In this document: positions 8,985 to 17,425 of the stretch, piece by piece
How positions within the stretch are numbered: position 1 is the stretch's first letter
Layout: each line of letters begins with the position of its first letter
Source of the DNA: Thermoanaerobaculia bacterium
GTDB lineage: Bacteria; Acidobacteriota; Thermoanaerobaculia; Multivoradales; UBA5704
Reading direction: 5' to 3'
NCBI GenBank assembly: GCA_044226625.1
Contig: JBGAGQ010000074.1
Span: 1 to 30,091, forward strand
Length of the DNA stretch: 30,091 nt
The notes under the pieces: model-generated
The model's database searches: none
Seen by the model: only the letters and a program-made list of their open reading frames with translations
What the model was told of the DNA's origin: nothing
Made by a program: the position numbers and the translations under genes

Positions 8985-9299
8985 GAAGCCGCCGAGGAAT
9001 TCCCTGGAATCCCTGGCGAATGGAAGGAAACCCTCCAGAAAAGCGCTCGCGGCCTCCCGAAATGCGTCGGAGTCACCGAGAAATTCACTGAGGTCGCCCA
9101 CAAATGGGGTGAAGTCCCTGAGAAAATCGCTCAAGTCCCCCAGAAATTCGGAGAGGTCCCCGAGAAATGGACCGAAGTCCTCCAGAAATTCGCTGAAGTC
9201 CCCCAGCAAAACGCTGAAGTCCCTCAAAAATGCGTTGAAGTCCCCCAGGAATACCCCGAAGTCACCCAGCAAAACGCTGGAGTCCCCGATGAATTCGAA
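8985..9299. repeat. Degenerate 21-bp tandem repeat array, about 15 units, best conserved at 9069-9299
   Basis: Units in exact 21-nt register at 9069, 9090, 9111, 9132, 9153, 9174, 9195, 9216, 9237, 9258, 9279; consensus about GAAGTCCCCCAGAAATTCGCT. More decayed units at 8985-9068. Confidence 0.9.
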
Positions 9300-9365
9300 T
9301 TTTCGGGGGACTCGAGCGAATTCCTGCGTGCGGTCACCGGTCGAACGGGACGTTGCCCGGTCGAC

Positions 9366-10073
9366 TCATTCCGGGGCTTCGGGCTTCTTCGGCAAATCGG
9401 CGACGTACCAACGCCCTTCCAGCTTCACGAACTGGATCGGTTCGCCGTCCAGCATTCCGGTCGCCTTGTCGCCTTCGATCTTCAGCCCTTCGAGCTTGCC
9501 GTCCGGCACCGGCGGGCTGGGGGCCTTCTCGCCCGTCGCCTCGCCAACGCTTTCGAGCAGGGCGCCGAAATCTCCGACCATCTCGACCGCGTCGACCTTG
9601 TCGAACAACTTTTCAGGGTCCATCTCGGGGGACTCCTCGTCTTTCAGGCCTGGGAGCCCGTGCTTCTTGGCGACGACGTCATATTGCGCGGCGAGCGCGG
9701 CGAGCTTCGGATCCGGTTTCGGCGCAGGCGGAGCCGGGGTCTTGGAATCGTCTTTCGGCGCATCGCTCTCGTTCATCGCGTCGGCCATCCCCTGCGCCAT
9801 GTCCTGCCCCATCTGCCCCATCGAGGTCGCCATGCCGACCATCATCGTCGCGCCGAGCCAGATCATCTGCGCGAGCTGCTTCCTCGGCTCGGGTGCGAGA
9901 CACGCTGCAAGCTCACGGAAGTCCTTCTTCTCGGCCGCGGCCCGCATACGCGCGACGACTTTCTCGGGGGTCTCCGCCCCGAGCGGCGTACCGGCTCCCC
10001 GGGCGGGGACGGCGAGGGACGCGCAAAGCAGGACGGCGAGGCCGGCGGCGGAACGGCGGGGGATCGCGAACAT
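9366..10073 (-). CDS. Exported hypothetical protein, probable NTF2-like (DUF4878-like) fold with a Met-rich helical insert
   Basis: Strong SD GAGGAGG. Signal peptide MFAIPRRSAAGLAVLLCASLAVPARG. TPEKVV..DFRELAACL and KIEGDKAT..FVKLEGRWYV resemble NTF2-like/DUF4878 proteins. 9 Met in 31 residues. Confidence 0.85.
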   Translation of the reverse strand: MFAIPRRSAAGLAVLLCASLAVPARGAGTPLGAETPEKVVARMRAAAEKKDFRELAACLAPEPRKQLAQMIWLGATMMVGMATSMGQMGQDMAQGMADAMNESDAPKDDSKTPAPPAPKPDPKLAALAAQYDVVAKKHGLPGLKDEESPEMDPEKLFDKVDAVEMVGDFGALLESVGEATGEKAPSPPVPDGKLEGLKIEGDKATGMLDGEPIQFVKLEGRWYVADLPKKPEAPE

Positions 10074-10205
10074 GGAAACCTCCTCACTCCGCGCTCCGAG
10101 GCGCGGCCTGGCGGATGAATTGGGAGCGACTTGAAGTCTGAAGCCGAGGATATCTCGTTCCGGCTCGCCCCCGGAGTGCTATCGGCTCCTCCCCGGAGCC
10201 CGGCG

Positions 10206-11837
10206 TTACTCGAGCGGCCGGCGCCAGGTCGTACCGGCGAGCAGCTCGGCGAGGTCGACCTCCACCTGCGCCGGCCCCTGGGCCGAAACCCGATAGGGCG
10301 TCGGCGGCGGTGTCCCCGAGGCCACCGGCTTGAACAGCGCGAGCGCGGCGCTAGCGGCGAGCCCAGAGAGATCGGAGCAGCCGTCCGTCTGGCCCGCCGC
10401 GCAAGGGCCGAGCCGGCGTAGCGTTCCCCCCGAAAGATCGCCCGCAGCGGTGCGCACGACCTCCAGCTCCACCGCGAGCCGACCGCTTTTCGCGCCGGCG
10501 CCATCGAGCGGATCGAGGTCGAGCCGGTAGCGATCGACCGTCCCGGCGCGGTAGATCGAGACCTCCCATCCGGACGCTCCCGCCGCCTCGCCTCGAGCTA
10601 GCCGTGGCAGCACGCGAAACAGATGGACGTCCTCCGGACCGAAATCGCGATGGCAGGGGGCGAGCAGCGCGGCGAGGCCGCGCCCCGGCTTGGCGTCCGC
10701 CGGCCGTCCCGCGGGCCCCGCCAGGTTGTCGATCGCGAGCAGGTTCCCCGCCGGGGGATGCGCGTCGAGCGTCGGGTTGATCGACACGCGCAGCTCGCCT
10801 GCGGCGCCCGGCGCGACCGAGTCGGAGCTCAAATCGTTTCGCGTCGCGCTCAGCGAGAAAAGCTGCGGCCGGGCCGGGTTGCGCAGCAGCGTCGTCTCTT
10901 CCGGATTCGTAGAGAACGTGAGGACCGCCTCCCCCTCGGCAGTCGGCGTAGTCGCCAGGCCCGCGAAATCGCTCGAGGCCGTGAAAGACAGGGCGAGCCC
11001 GGGCGGGCGCCCGGAGCGAGGGGCGGCCACCGCGATCCGGCCCAGCAGACCGCCCAAGCGAGCGGCGTCGCAAGCGACCTCGGCCTCGTCGAGCGGCCCG
11101 GTCGGCACCGGAGGATTTCGTTCATCGTCGTCGACCAGCGTGAGAAGCGCGCTCGCGCGCCCGAGCGACGCGCCGCCCGACGGCTGCGAGAGGGTGATCC
11201 GCACGGTTTCGTTCCCCTCCGCGAGCCCATCGTCGCGAATCGCGATCGAGAACGCCTTCACCGCCCCATCGCCGTCCGCCCAGGAGAGAGTGCCCGCGAC
11301 CGGTGTGAAGTCCTCCCCCGCCGATGCCGACCCCGGGCTCACGTCGTACTTGACCGCTACCGCGCCGGATACCCCGCCCGTCCGCCGCACCAGGATCGTC
11401 GTACCGCCGCTCCCCTCCCCCGCGGAGTACGCCTCGGCCGCGAGCTCCACCGTGCCCGGCGAGCCGGGCGCCACCACCTGGATCCGCCCGATCATCCCGG
11501 ATCCCGGGGAGCCGTGGACGTCGCAGTAGTAGCCGACCGTTCCCGGGGTCGAGAACGTCAGCGTAAAGCTCCAGAGCGCAGCCGAGGGCTCGCCGCTCCC
11601 CCCCTGGCCGTCACACCCTTCCGCGCATCGGAACGCGCCGCCGTCCTCGATCACGTTGTGAAGCCCGCCCTGATTCTGGAAGGTCACCGTGTCGCCGACC
11701 GAGATCGTCAGGTTCGACGGCACGAACGTGAGATTCGACAGCGCCTTCACCGTGAAGTTCGCCGCTTCGGCATGACCCAACGCGAGGTGGAACAGAGAGA
11801 CGGCGAGCAACGCCCGAAGAGAGAATCTGAGATTCAT
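10206..11837 (-). CDS. Secreted cupredoxin (plastocyanin/azurin-like, type 1 copper) + Calx-beta domain + unrecognised C-terminal domain
   Basis: Start moved to ATG 11837 (MNLRFSLRALLAVSLFHLALGHAEA signal peptide). FVPSNLTISVGDTVTF, HNV and YYCDVH..GM supply His/Cys/His/Met ligands. Calx-beta motifs VRRTGG, GEDF..GTLSW, I.DD...EGNET. Confidence 0.9.
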   Translation of the reverse strand: MNLRFSLRALLAVSLFHLALGHAEAANFTVKALSNLTFVPSNLTISVGDTVTFQNQGGLHNVIEDGGAFRCAEGCDGQGGSGEPSAALWSFTLTFSTPGTVGYYCDVHGSPGSGMIGRIQVVAPGSPGTVELAAEAYSAGEGSGGTTILVRRTGGVSGAVAVKYDVSPGSASAGEDFTPVAGTLSWADGDGAVKAFSIAIRDDGLAEGNETVRITLSQPSGGASLGRASALLTLVDDDERNPPVPTGPLDEAEVACDAARLGGLLGRIAVAAPRSGRPPGLALSFTASSDFAGLATTPTAEGEAVLTFSTNPEETTLLRNPARPQLFSLSATRNDLSSDSVAPGAAGELRVSINPTLDAHPPAGNLLAIDNLAGPAGRPADAKPGRGLAALLAPCHRDFGPEDVHLFRVLPRLARGEAAGASGWEVSIYRAGTVDRYRLDLDPLDGAGAKSGRLAVELEVVRTAAGDLSGGTLRRLGPCAAGQTDGCSDLSGLAASAALALFKPVASGTPPPTPYRVSAQGPAQVEVDLAELLAGTTWRRPLE

Positions 11838-11849
11838 AGCTGACCATGC

Positions 11850-11855
11850 ATTATA
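11850..11855 (-). promoter_or_regulatory. Consensus -10 element (TATAAT) upstream of the cupredoxin gene
   Basis: Perfect TATAAT, rare in high-GC DNA, 12 nt before ATG 11837; no SD in between. Confidence 0.5.
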
Positions 11856-11947
11856 GCGGTCGTCCCGGCTCCAGGTCGAACCGGAGGTCACGCCTTTGCG
11901 GCCGTCCCAAAGAGAACCCGAGACGTTCACCGCCGCTGGAGGAACCG

Positions 11948-13468
11948 ATGCAGCAACGACACGCCCCTTCGTTCGCCCTCATCACTCTCGTCGGCCTCGC
12001 CTTCGGATGCAGCCATTACGGCCCGTACCGGACGGCGACGGCGATCGATCGGACGCCGCAACAGACGGACCATCCGATCTGCGTCGATGACTCCAACGAA
12101 GGCACGGGTTGTCCCACAGCTTCGCTGATCCAGGCTCCTCGTTACCTCCTCGGCTTTGTCGAGTTCGACGAGCTCGGTTGGTTCTGGAACCGCAACCAGA
12201 AGGTCGCCGTCGTCGACGCGATCCGAGACGCGGCGAAGACCCATGACTTGATGATCGTCGCCTACGCCCACGGTTGGAATCACAACGCGGACGCTCGCGA
12301 CGGCAACGTGAACAAATTCCGCCAGGTCCTGGATCAATTGGGCAAGCTCGAGAAGGAGTCCGCCCGCCTTCGGCATAGGCCCGAGCGCCGCATCGTCGGC
12401 GTCTACCTGGGCTGGCGGGGCGCCGCCTTCCGAGGGGCCGGGAAGGGGCTGGTCACGCTGTACAACTGGACCAGCTTCTTCAACCGGAGGGCGACGGCCC
12501 GACGCGTCGGTTCCGAGGATGCCGCAGCGCTTCTGTCGGAGCTGGACGACATTCGGAACGAAACCGACCGAACGCCGCGAACGGGAAGGGTCTCCGGATA
12601 TCCCACGCGGCTCGTCGTCGTGGGGCACAGCTTCGGCGCCGCGGTGGTCTATAACGCCGTGTCGCGCATCCTCGCGGAGCGCCGGATCCACCTTTTCGCC
12701 GGAGGCGTCGACGCTGCGGCCTTCGGCGATCTCGTCGTCCTGGTGAACCCGGCGATGGAGGCGAGCCTATTGTTTCCGTTCGAGGTCGCCGCGGCTCCTT
12801 ACAACTCCGCGGCAAACAAGAGCGCGGCAGAAGAGAAGAGGTTCCACCCGATTCTCGCCATTTTTGCCTCGCAAGGTGACGGTCCGAACACCTACCTCTT
12901 CCCCTTCGCGCGGCGCCTGGCGACCCTCTTCAAGAGGCATCGCCACGACAAACCGATGGGATTCTCCGTGCCGAACGAGGACGAGGTGGACCGCAGCCAC
13001 TTCCAGGGGAAGGCGGATCGCACGGCCCTAGGCCATTTCGCACCCACCGTCTCCTTTCTCCTCTGCCCGCCCCACGAGACGCAGACCGACGAATGGCCCC
13101 AGCGCTGCTCACAAAAGGACCCCAGCACCGCCCGAGCGAACGAAAACGGTGAAATCCCGTGGATCAAAACCGATCTCCAGCTGTCCTGCTTGGCCGAAGC
13201 CCGAAAGCACGTCGACAAGTTTCAATCCGGTGACTTGAACGAGCTGCAGCTTTCGACGTCGAACCTGTTTCGTGTTCGACCCGGCCCGATGTCGCCTTAC
13301 CCGATCGTCACCGTGGATCGACGCCTGATCCGCGATCACAACGACATCTTCACCGCGTTTTTCGCGCCTTTCCTGGTCGACTTCGTTTCGGTCTGGTCCG
13401 ACAAAGGGGAGGACGGCGATTCGATCGCTCCTGCCGGAGCCTCGGAGATTCCGCCATGCACACGATGA
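11948..13468 (+). CDS. Putative lipoprotein alpha/beta hydrolase (serine esterase-like)
   Basis: SD GGAGGA before ATG 11948. Signal ending GLAFG-C. HGW oxyanion motif, GHSFG nucleophile elbow, SQGD and HNDIF as candidate acid and His. Confidence 0.85.
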   Translation: MQQRHAPSFALITLVGLAFGCSHYGPYRTATAIDRTPQQTDHPICVDDSNEGTGCPTASLIQAPRYLLGFVEFDELGWFWNRNQKVAVVDAIRDAAKTHDLMIVAYAHGWNHNADARDGNVNKFRQVLDQLGKLEKESARLRHRPERRIVGVYLGWRGAAFRGAGKGLVTLYNWTSFFNRRATARRVGSEDAAALLSELDDIRNETDRTPRTGRVSGYPTRLVVVGHSFGAAVVYNAVSRILAERRIHLFAGGVDAAAFGDLVVLVNPAMEASLLFPFEVAAAPYNSAANKSAAEEKRFHPILAIFASQGDGPNTYLFPFARRLATLFKRHRHDKPMGFSVPNEDEVDRSHFQGKADRTALGHFAPTVSFLLCPPHETQTDEWPQRCSQKDPSTARANENGEIPWIKTDLQLSCLAEARKHVDKFQSGDLNELQLSTSNLFRVRPGPMSPYPIVTVDRRLIRDHNDIFTAFFAPFLVDFVSVWSDKGEDGDSIAPAGASEIPPCTR

Positions 13469-14376
13469 AACGCCGGCACAGGTGGCTCCTTCTTGGATCG
13501 CTCGTCGCCTTGCCGGTCGCGATCTCGCTGGCCCACGGCTGTTGCGCCTTCAAAACGCACCACCATCGGCGGCTCAGCCCGGAAGTCTCAGTCCGGCCCG
13601 ACGAGGAGCGGGAGCTGGCGGCGCAAGCCGGGTTGAGCCATGTCTTGCGCTTCGGTCCCGTCGAAAAAACGCGTCCGGCCGTCGTGCTCCTCCATGAGAT
13701 CGGAGGCGCAACGCCGGAGTCCCAGGAGTTGGCCCTTCGGCTGAGCCAAGAGGGATACACCGTCTACCTTCCAGTCCTATTCGGCACCGTAGGCCAAAGA
13801 AGCGAAGGAATCGGAGCGATCTTCTCGCGCTGCACCGGCGGCGATTTTCACTGCTTCCGGAGTCGCGCAGGCGAGCTTGCTGAGAGGCTACGAACGAAGC
13901 TCGTCGAAGCCGTCGCCTTGCGACACCAGGGCGTGGGCGCCATCGGAATGTGCCTCACTGGAAGTTTTCCGCTCATCCTCGCCGAATCTTCGGACGTCAA
14001 GGCGGTCGTGGTGAGCCAACCGGCGCTCCCCACGTTTCAAGGCGGCGCGCTAGGAATCTCTGGCTCCGAATTGGATGCTGTCAAAAGATCCTTCGGAGGC
14101 GAAATCCTCTATTTCCGGTTCTCGGACGACTGCCTTTCGCCTCCGCAACGGCTCGATTCCTTCGACCGAGAGTTCCCAGGCCAAGTGCGATCGCGGGTCT
14201 TTCCTTCTTGCGATGCCGAGCATCACGCCGTTCTCACCGACTCGCTCACGGAAACGCCCGAGGCGTGGAGCTGCCTCACGGAATACTTGGCGGAGAAGCT
14301 CAAAGGGGAGATCCCGTCGCCGTCCAGCTGCCCCAGCCAAGCCGAGCTCGACCTCCATCGGCATTTGGTTCCGTGA
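13456..14376 (+). CDS. Dienelactone hydrolase family protein with N-terminal signal peptide
   Basis: LLHEIGG, GYTVYLPVLFG, Cys nucleophile motif GMCLTG, FSDD, HAVLT. Overlaps the upstream stop. Alternative ATG at 13465. Confidence 0.85.
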   Translation: MHTMKRRHRWLLLGSLVALPVAISLAHGCCAFKTHHHRRLSPEVSVRPDEERELAAQAGLSHVLRFGPVEKTRPAVVLLHEIGGATPESQELALRLSQEGYTVYLPVLFGTVGQRSEGIGAIFSRCTGGDFHCFRSRAGELAERLRTKLVEAVALRHQGVGAIGMCLTGSFPLILAESSDVKAVVVSQPALPTFQGGALGISGSELDAVKRSFGGEILYFRFSDDCLSPPQRLDSFDREFPGQVRSRVFPSCDAEHHAVLTDSLTETPEAWSCLTEYLAEKLKGEIPSPSSCPSQAELDLHRHLVP

Positions 14377-14458
14377 ACCGCGGAGAGATCCAGCGAGCCG
14401 AGCGGCGGCGCCGTCGGTCTATATTTGCGCTCTCCCTTGGAACGACGGAGATCTCCCG

Positions 14459-15037
14459 ATGCTGATCCGCTACTGCCCGCGCTGCCGCTCGGAGTTTCAA
14501 ATGAGGGTCCTCGAGTGCCTCGACTGCGGAGGTCCGACCGAGGTGCGAGACGACGAGGTCCCGTTCGAGGAACCGGAGGCCGCCCTGCTGCCGGTCCGCG
14601 ATGAAGAGGAGGCGGAAGAGGATCACGAGGACGACGAGGAGGGCGACGACGAGGACGAACGAGACCACCAGCCGGAACCGGCGATCCCGCTGGACGCCGA
14701 GGTCGTGTCCATCTCCGAGGGCACCTACTTCTCGATGATCGAGCTCCTCGACGCCCTGGGCGAACGGGAGATCCCGGTTCGGATCGAGCAGGGATCCAGA
14801 CCCGATCGGGTACGGCTCGTCGTCCGCGCCGAACATGCCGAGGCCGCGAACGCGGTCGTTCGCGAGGACTACCTCGCGGGGTTGCGCGAGGAGATCCCGG
14901 AAGCCCGGGAAGGAGCCTGCCCCGCCTGCGGCTCCGACCTCCCCGCCGATGCCACCGAATGTCCCGACTGCGGGCTGATCCTGTCGTTTCCCGCGGAACC
15001 CGGCGAAGTGGACGAATCGGAAACCCCGGCTTCCTAG
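14459..15037 (+). CDS. Double zinc-ribbon protein with central DUF2007-like domain and acidic linker
   Basis: SD GGAG and ATG 14459 (internal to the track ORF starting at 14075). CPRC..CLDC at the N-terminus, CPAC..CPDC at the C-terminus, LGEREIPVRI..LVVRAEHAEAA core. Confidence 0.85.
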   Translation: MLIRYCPRCRSEFQMRVLECLDCGGPTEVRDDEVPFEEPEAALLPVRDEEEAEEDHEDDEEGDDEDERDHQPEPAIPLDAEVVSISEGTYFSMIELLDALGEREIPVRIEQGSRPDRVRLVVRAEHAEAANAVVREDYLAGLREEIPEAREGACPACGSDLPADATECPDCGLILSFPAEPGEVDESETPAS

Positions 15038-15039
15038 CC

Positions 15040-15164
15040 GGCTCCTGAGAAACTCTCCGAACGTCGCAGAGTTCCCGAGGACGACCCCGAGGCTGTCCGA
15101 GCGAAGCGAGGTACGAGGGGCGCCCGGAGAGAAGCTTCCGCGACCAGGGAATTTCTCAGCCGCC
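15040..15164. mobile_element. MITE/REP-like ~125-bp hairpin element between convergent genes
   Basis: Terminal inverted repeats GGCTCCTGAGAAACTC / GAATTTCTCAGCCGCC (13 of 16 match), inner pairings GTCGC/GCGAC and CCCC/GGGG, apical GAGCGAAGCGAG; non-coding. Confidence 0.55.
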
Positions 15165-15172
15165 CGCCAGAC

Positions 15173-16474
15173 CTAGCTCGCCGGCTTGTCCAGCTCCTCG
15201 ATCGTCGCCTCCGACGCCGGGCGCTCTTTCTGGATCCGCTGCGCCGCCGTTTCGACTTCGGAGAGGACGCGGAGCACGTTTTCGCCCGCGAGCTTCTTGA
15301 TCTCGACGTCGGTCCAACCGCGCCGCAGGAGCTCGGCGAGGATCGTCGGGAAGGCGTCGACACCCGATACGTCGGCCGGGGTCGAGGTGATGCCGTCCAG
15401 ATCCGAGCCGATGCCGACGTGGTCGATGCCGGCGATCTTCCGTACGTGCTCGATGTGGTCGGCGATATCGGCGATCGTGGGCCGCGGCTCGGGGTGGGCG
15501 GTCTTCCAGGCATCGAGGTCGCGTTTCACCCGGTCGGCCGATTCCGGATAGAGACCCTGGAGCCGCTTCTCCTCGCCGTCGAGAGTGGCTCCCCATTGCC
15601 GCCGCGCCTCGGCGAGGAAGGTCGGGACGAACGTCACCATCGCGACGCCGCCGTTTTTCGCCAGCATCGCGAGCACGTCGTCAGGTACGTTCCGCGGATG
15701 GTCGCACAGCGCGCGCGCCGAGGAGTGGGAAAAGATCGCGGGCGCCTCGGCGACCGCGAGCGCGTCCTTCATCGTCTCGGGCGAAACGTGCGAGAGGTCG
15801 ACCAGCATGCCCAACCGGTTCATCTCGCGCACCACCGACTCGCCGAACCGGCTGAGCCCGTGCACCTTCGGCTCGTCGGTCGCCGAGTCGGCCCAGGGCG
15901 TGTTCTTCGAATGGGTGAGCGTCATGTAGCGCGCGCCCGCGGCATAGAACGCGCGCAGCAGCGGCAGGGACGAGTCGATCGCGTGCCCCCCCTCGATGCC
16001 GATCAGCGACGCGATCTTGCCCGACCGGTGGATGCGCCGGACGTCCGCCGCCGTGAATGCCATCTCCAGATCGGCCGGATAGCGCTCGGCAAGCCGCCGG
16101 ACGACGTCCATCTGCTCGAAGACGGCGCGAGTCGCCTCGCCCCCTTTCATCTCGACCGGCACGTAGACCGACCAGAACTGCGCGCCGACGCCCCCTTTGC
16201 GCAGCCGCGGTAAGTCGGTATGGAGAGGAGGATCGAGCTTCGTCGAGTCGCCCGCGAGATCGAGTGCGCCCAGCTTGCGATCGAAGCGTTTCCGGTACTC
16301 CCAGGGGAGGTCGTTGTGGCCGTCGATCAGGGGCATCTCGTCGAGCAACTTCCGCGCCCGCGCCACGAGCGCCGGATCGGGAGGAGTCCAACCGGCGGCA
16401 AAAAGGGCGCCAGGGAGCAGGGCCCCGAGGAGAGCCAAGAGGAGGGCCGAGGACAGGACGCGCGATCGCGACAT
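15173..16474 (-). CDS. Membrane (renal-type) dipeptidase, peptidase family M19, secreted
   Basis: Start at ATG 16474 ([17 protein letters not shown].. signal). [34 protein letters not shown] and GIGSDLDG motifs. Confidence 0.95.
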   Translation of the reverse strand: MSRSRVLSSALLLALLGALLPGALFAAGWTPPDPALVARARKLLDEMPLIDGHNDLPWEYRKRFDRKLGALDLAGDSTKLDPPLHTDLPRLRKGGVGAQFWSVYVPVEMKGGEATRAVFEQMDVVRRLAERYPADLEMAFTAADVRRIHRSGKIASLIGIEGGHAIDSSLPLLRAFYAAGARYMTLTHSKNTPWADSATDEPKVHGLSRFGESVVREMNRLGMLVDLSHVSPETMKDALAVAEAPAIFSHSSARALCDHPRNVPDDVLAMLAKNGGVAMVTFVPTFLAEARRQWGATLDGEEKRLQGLYPESADRVKRDLDAWKTAHPEPRPTIADIADHIEHVRKIAGIDHVGIGSDLDGITSTPADVSGVDAFPTILAELLRRGWTDVEIKKLAGENVLRVLSEVETAAQRIQKERPASEATIEELDKPAS

Positions 16475-16479
16475 GGGAT

Positions 16480-16926
16480 TCACTCCGCCGGCACCGGCCG
16501 GTACTTGCTCGGCACGTCGACGATCTTGTCCCACTCGTCGGCGGTCGAGCGGGCGACGAACGCGGTGAGAGGACCGTCGCCGATGTTGAACACCTCGTGG
16601 GGCACGCCGGGCTCGATGAAGATGAAATCGCCCGCCTCGTTCTCGACGGAATGCTCGAGGTTCGGCCCGAAGTCGTGGCGCACGCGCCCTTCGACGATGT
16701 AGAGCATCACCTCGAAGCCGTCGTGGATGTGGGCGTAGGCGATCGCCCCCGGTGGCACGGTGGCGACGTTGACCGAAAGGTTCTTCGCGCCGACGTTGCG
16801 GCCGGAGATCCCCTGTTGGTACTGGATGCCGTTCCAGCTCCTGCCGCTTCCGCCACCGCCGCGGAGGACTTGGATCCCCTCGTGGCGCTCGACCAGCTCG
16901 GGCCGGACCGATGCGTCGTCTTTCAT
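16480..16926 (-). CDS. Cupin domain protein (RmlC-like)
   Basis: SD GAGGGAG, ATG 16926. [13 protein letters not shown] and [13 protein letters not shown] cupin motifs. Stop lies 5 nt before the dipeptidase start, suggesting an operon. Confidence 0.9.
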   Translation of the reverse strand: MKDDASVRPELVERHEGIQVLRGGGGSGRSWNGIQYQQGISGRNVGAKNLSVNVATVPPGAIAYAHIHDGFEVMLYIVEGRVRHDFGPNLEHSVENEAGDFIFIEPGVPHEVFNIGDGPLTAFVARSTADEWDKIVDVPSKYRPVPAE

Positions 16927-17028
16927 GTCGATCTCCCTCGCAAGGCGAACGAGAGGCTGGTTCCAGGCGTTTCTCCGGGGAAGCTTACCCCGCCTCCCCC
17001 GTCGAACCGAAGGAGTATCATCCCCCCC

Positions 17029-17361
17029 ATGGCCGCCGCGCCTCCCGAGCCGTTCCGCCCGCTCGACCACGCGACGTTTTCGCCCGACCGGATGGGCAAG
17101 GCGACGCTCTTTCAGTCGGAGCGCGTGTTGGTGGGGCTCAACACCTTCCTTCCAGGGCAGGAGCACCGGCTGCACGCTCACGCCGGGATGGACAAGGTCT
17201 ACCACGTGCTCGAAGGCTCTGGGCGGTTCCTACTGGCCGACGGCGAACGGCCGCTCGCCGCGGGCGACATGCTGATCGCGCCCGCCGACGTACCGCACGG
17301 AATCCGCAACGACGGCGAGGGCAACCTGGTCGTCCTCGCGATCCTCGCCCCCGCGCCGTAA
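17029..17361 (+). CDS. Cupin domain protein
   Basis: C-terminal part of track ORF 16057..17361 from ATG 17029: PGQEHRLHAH..KVYHVLEG and GDMLIAPADVPHGIRN. Confidence 0.9.
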   Translation: MAAAPPEPFRPLDHATFSPDRMGKATLFQSERVLVGLNTFLPGQEHRLHAHAGMDKVYHVLEGSGRFLLADGERPLAAGDMLIAPADVPHGIRNDGEGNLVVLAILAPAP

Positions 17362-17425
17362 CGACGCGATGCGCGGGATTTCTAGATCGTCGTTTCGCGC
17401 GACCCCGGACGCCCTACACGACTGG

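Noticed and set aside
8985-9299. CRISPR array
   Set aside because: Contiguous degenerate 21-mers with no unique spacers and no cas genes.
8934-10118. 394-aa plus-strand ORF starting in the repeat array
   Set aside because: Most of it is antisense to the well-supported 9366..10073 gene; openness is explained by the repeat and by GC bias.
11838-11947. Longer starts given by the ORF track for the divergent genes (11930 minus, 11846 plus)
   Set aside because: They would overlap head-to-head and bury the signal peptides; ATG 11837 and ATG 11948 fit better.
14075-17205. Extended N-termini of track ORFs 14075..15037, 15173..16534, 16057..17361 and 16480..17205
   Set aside because: The extensions overlap neighbouring real genes; internal ATGs with SD or -10 signals mark the likely starts.
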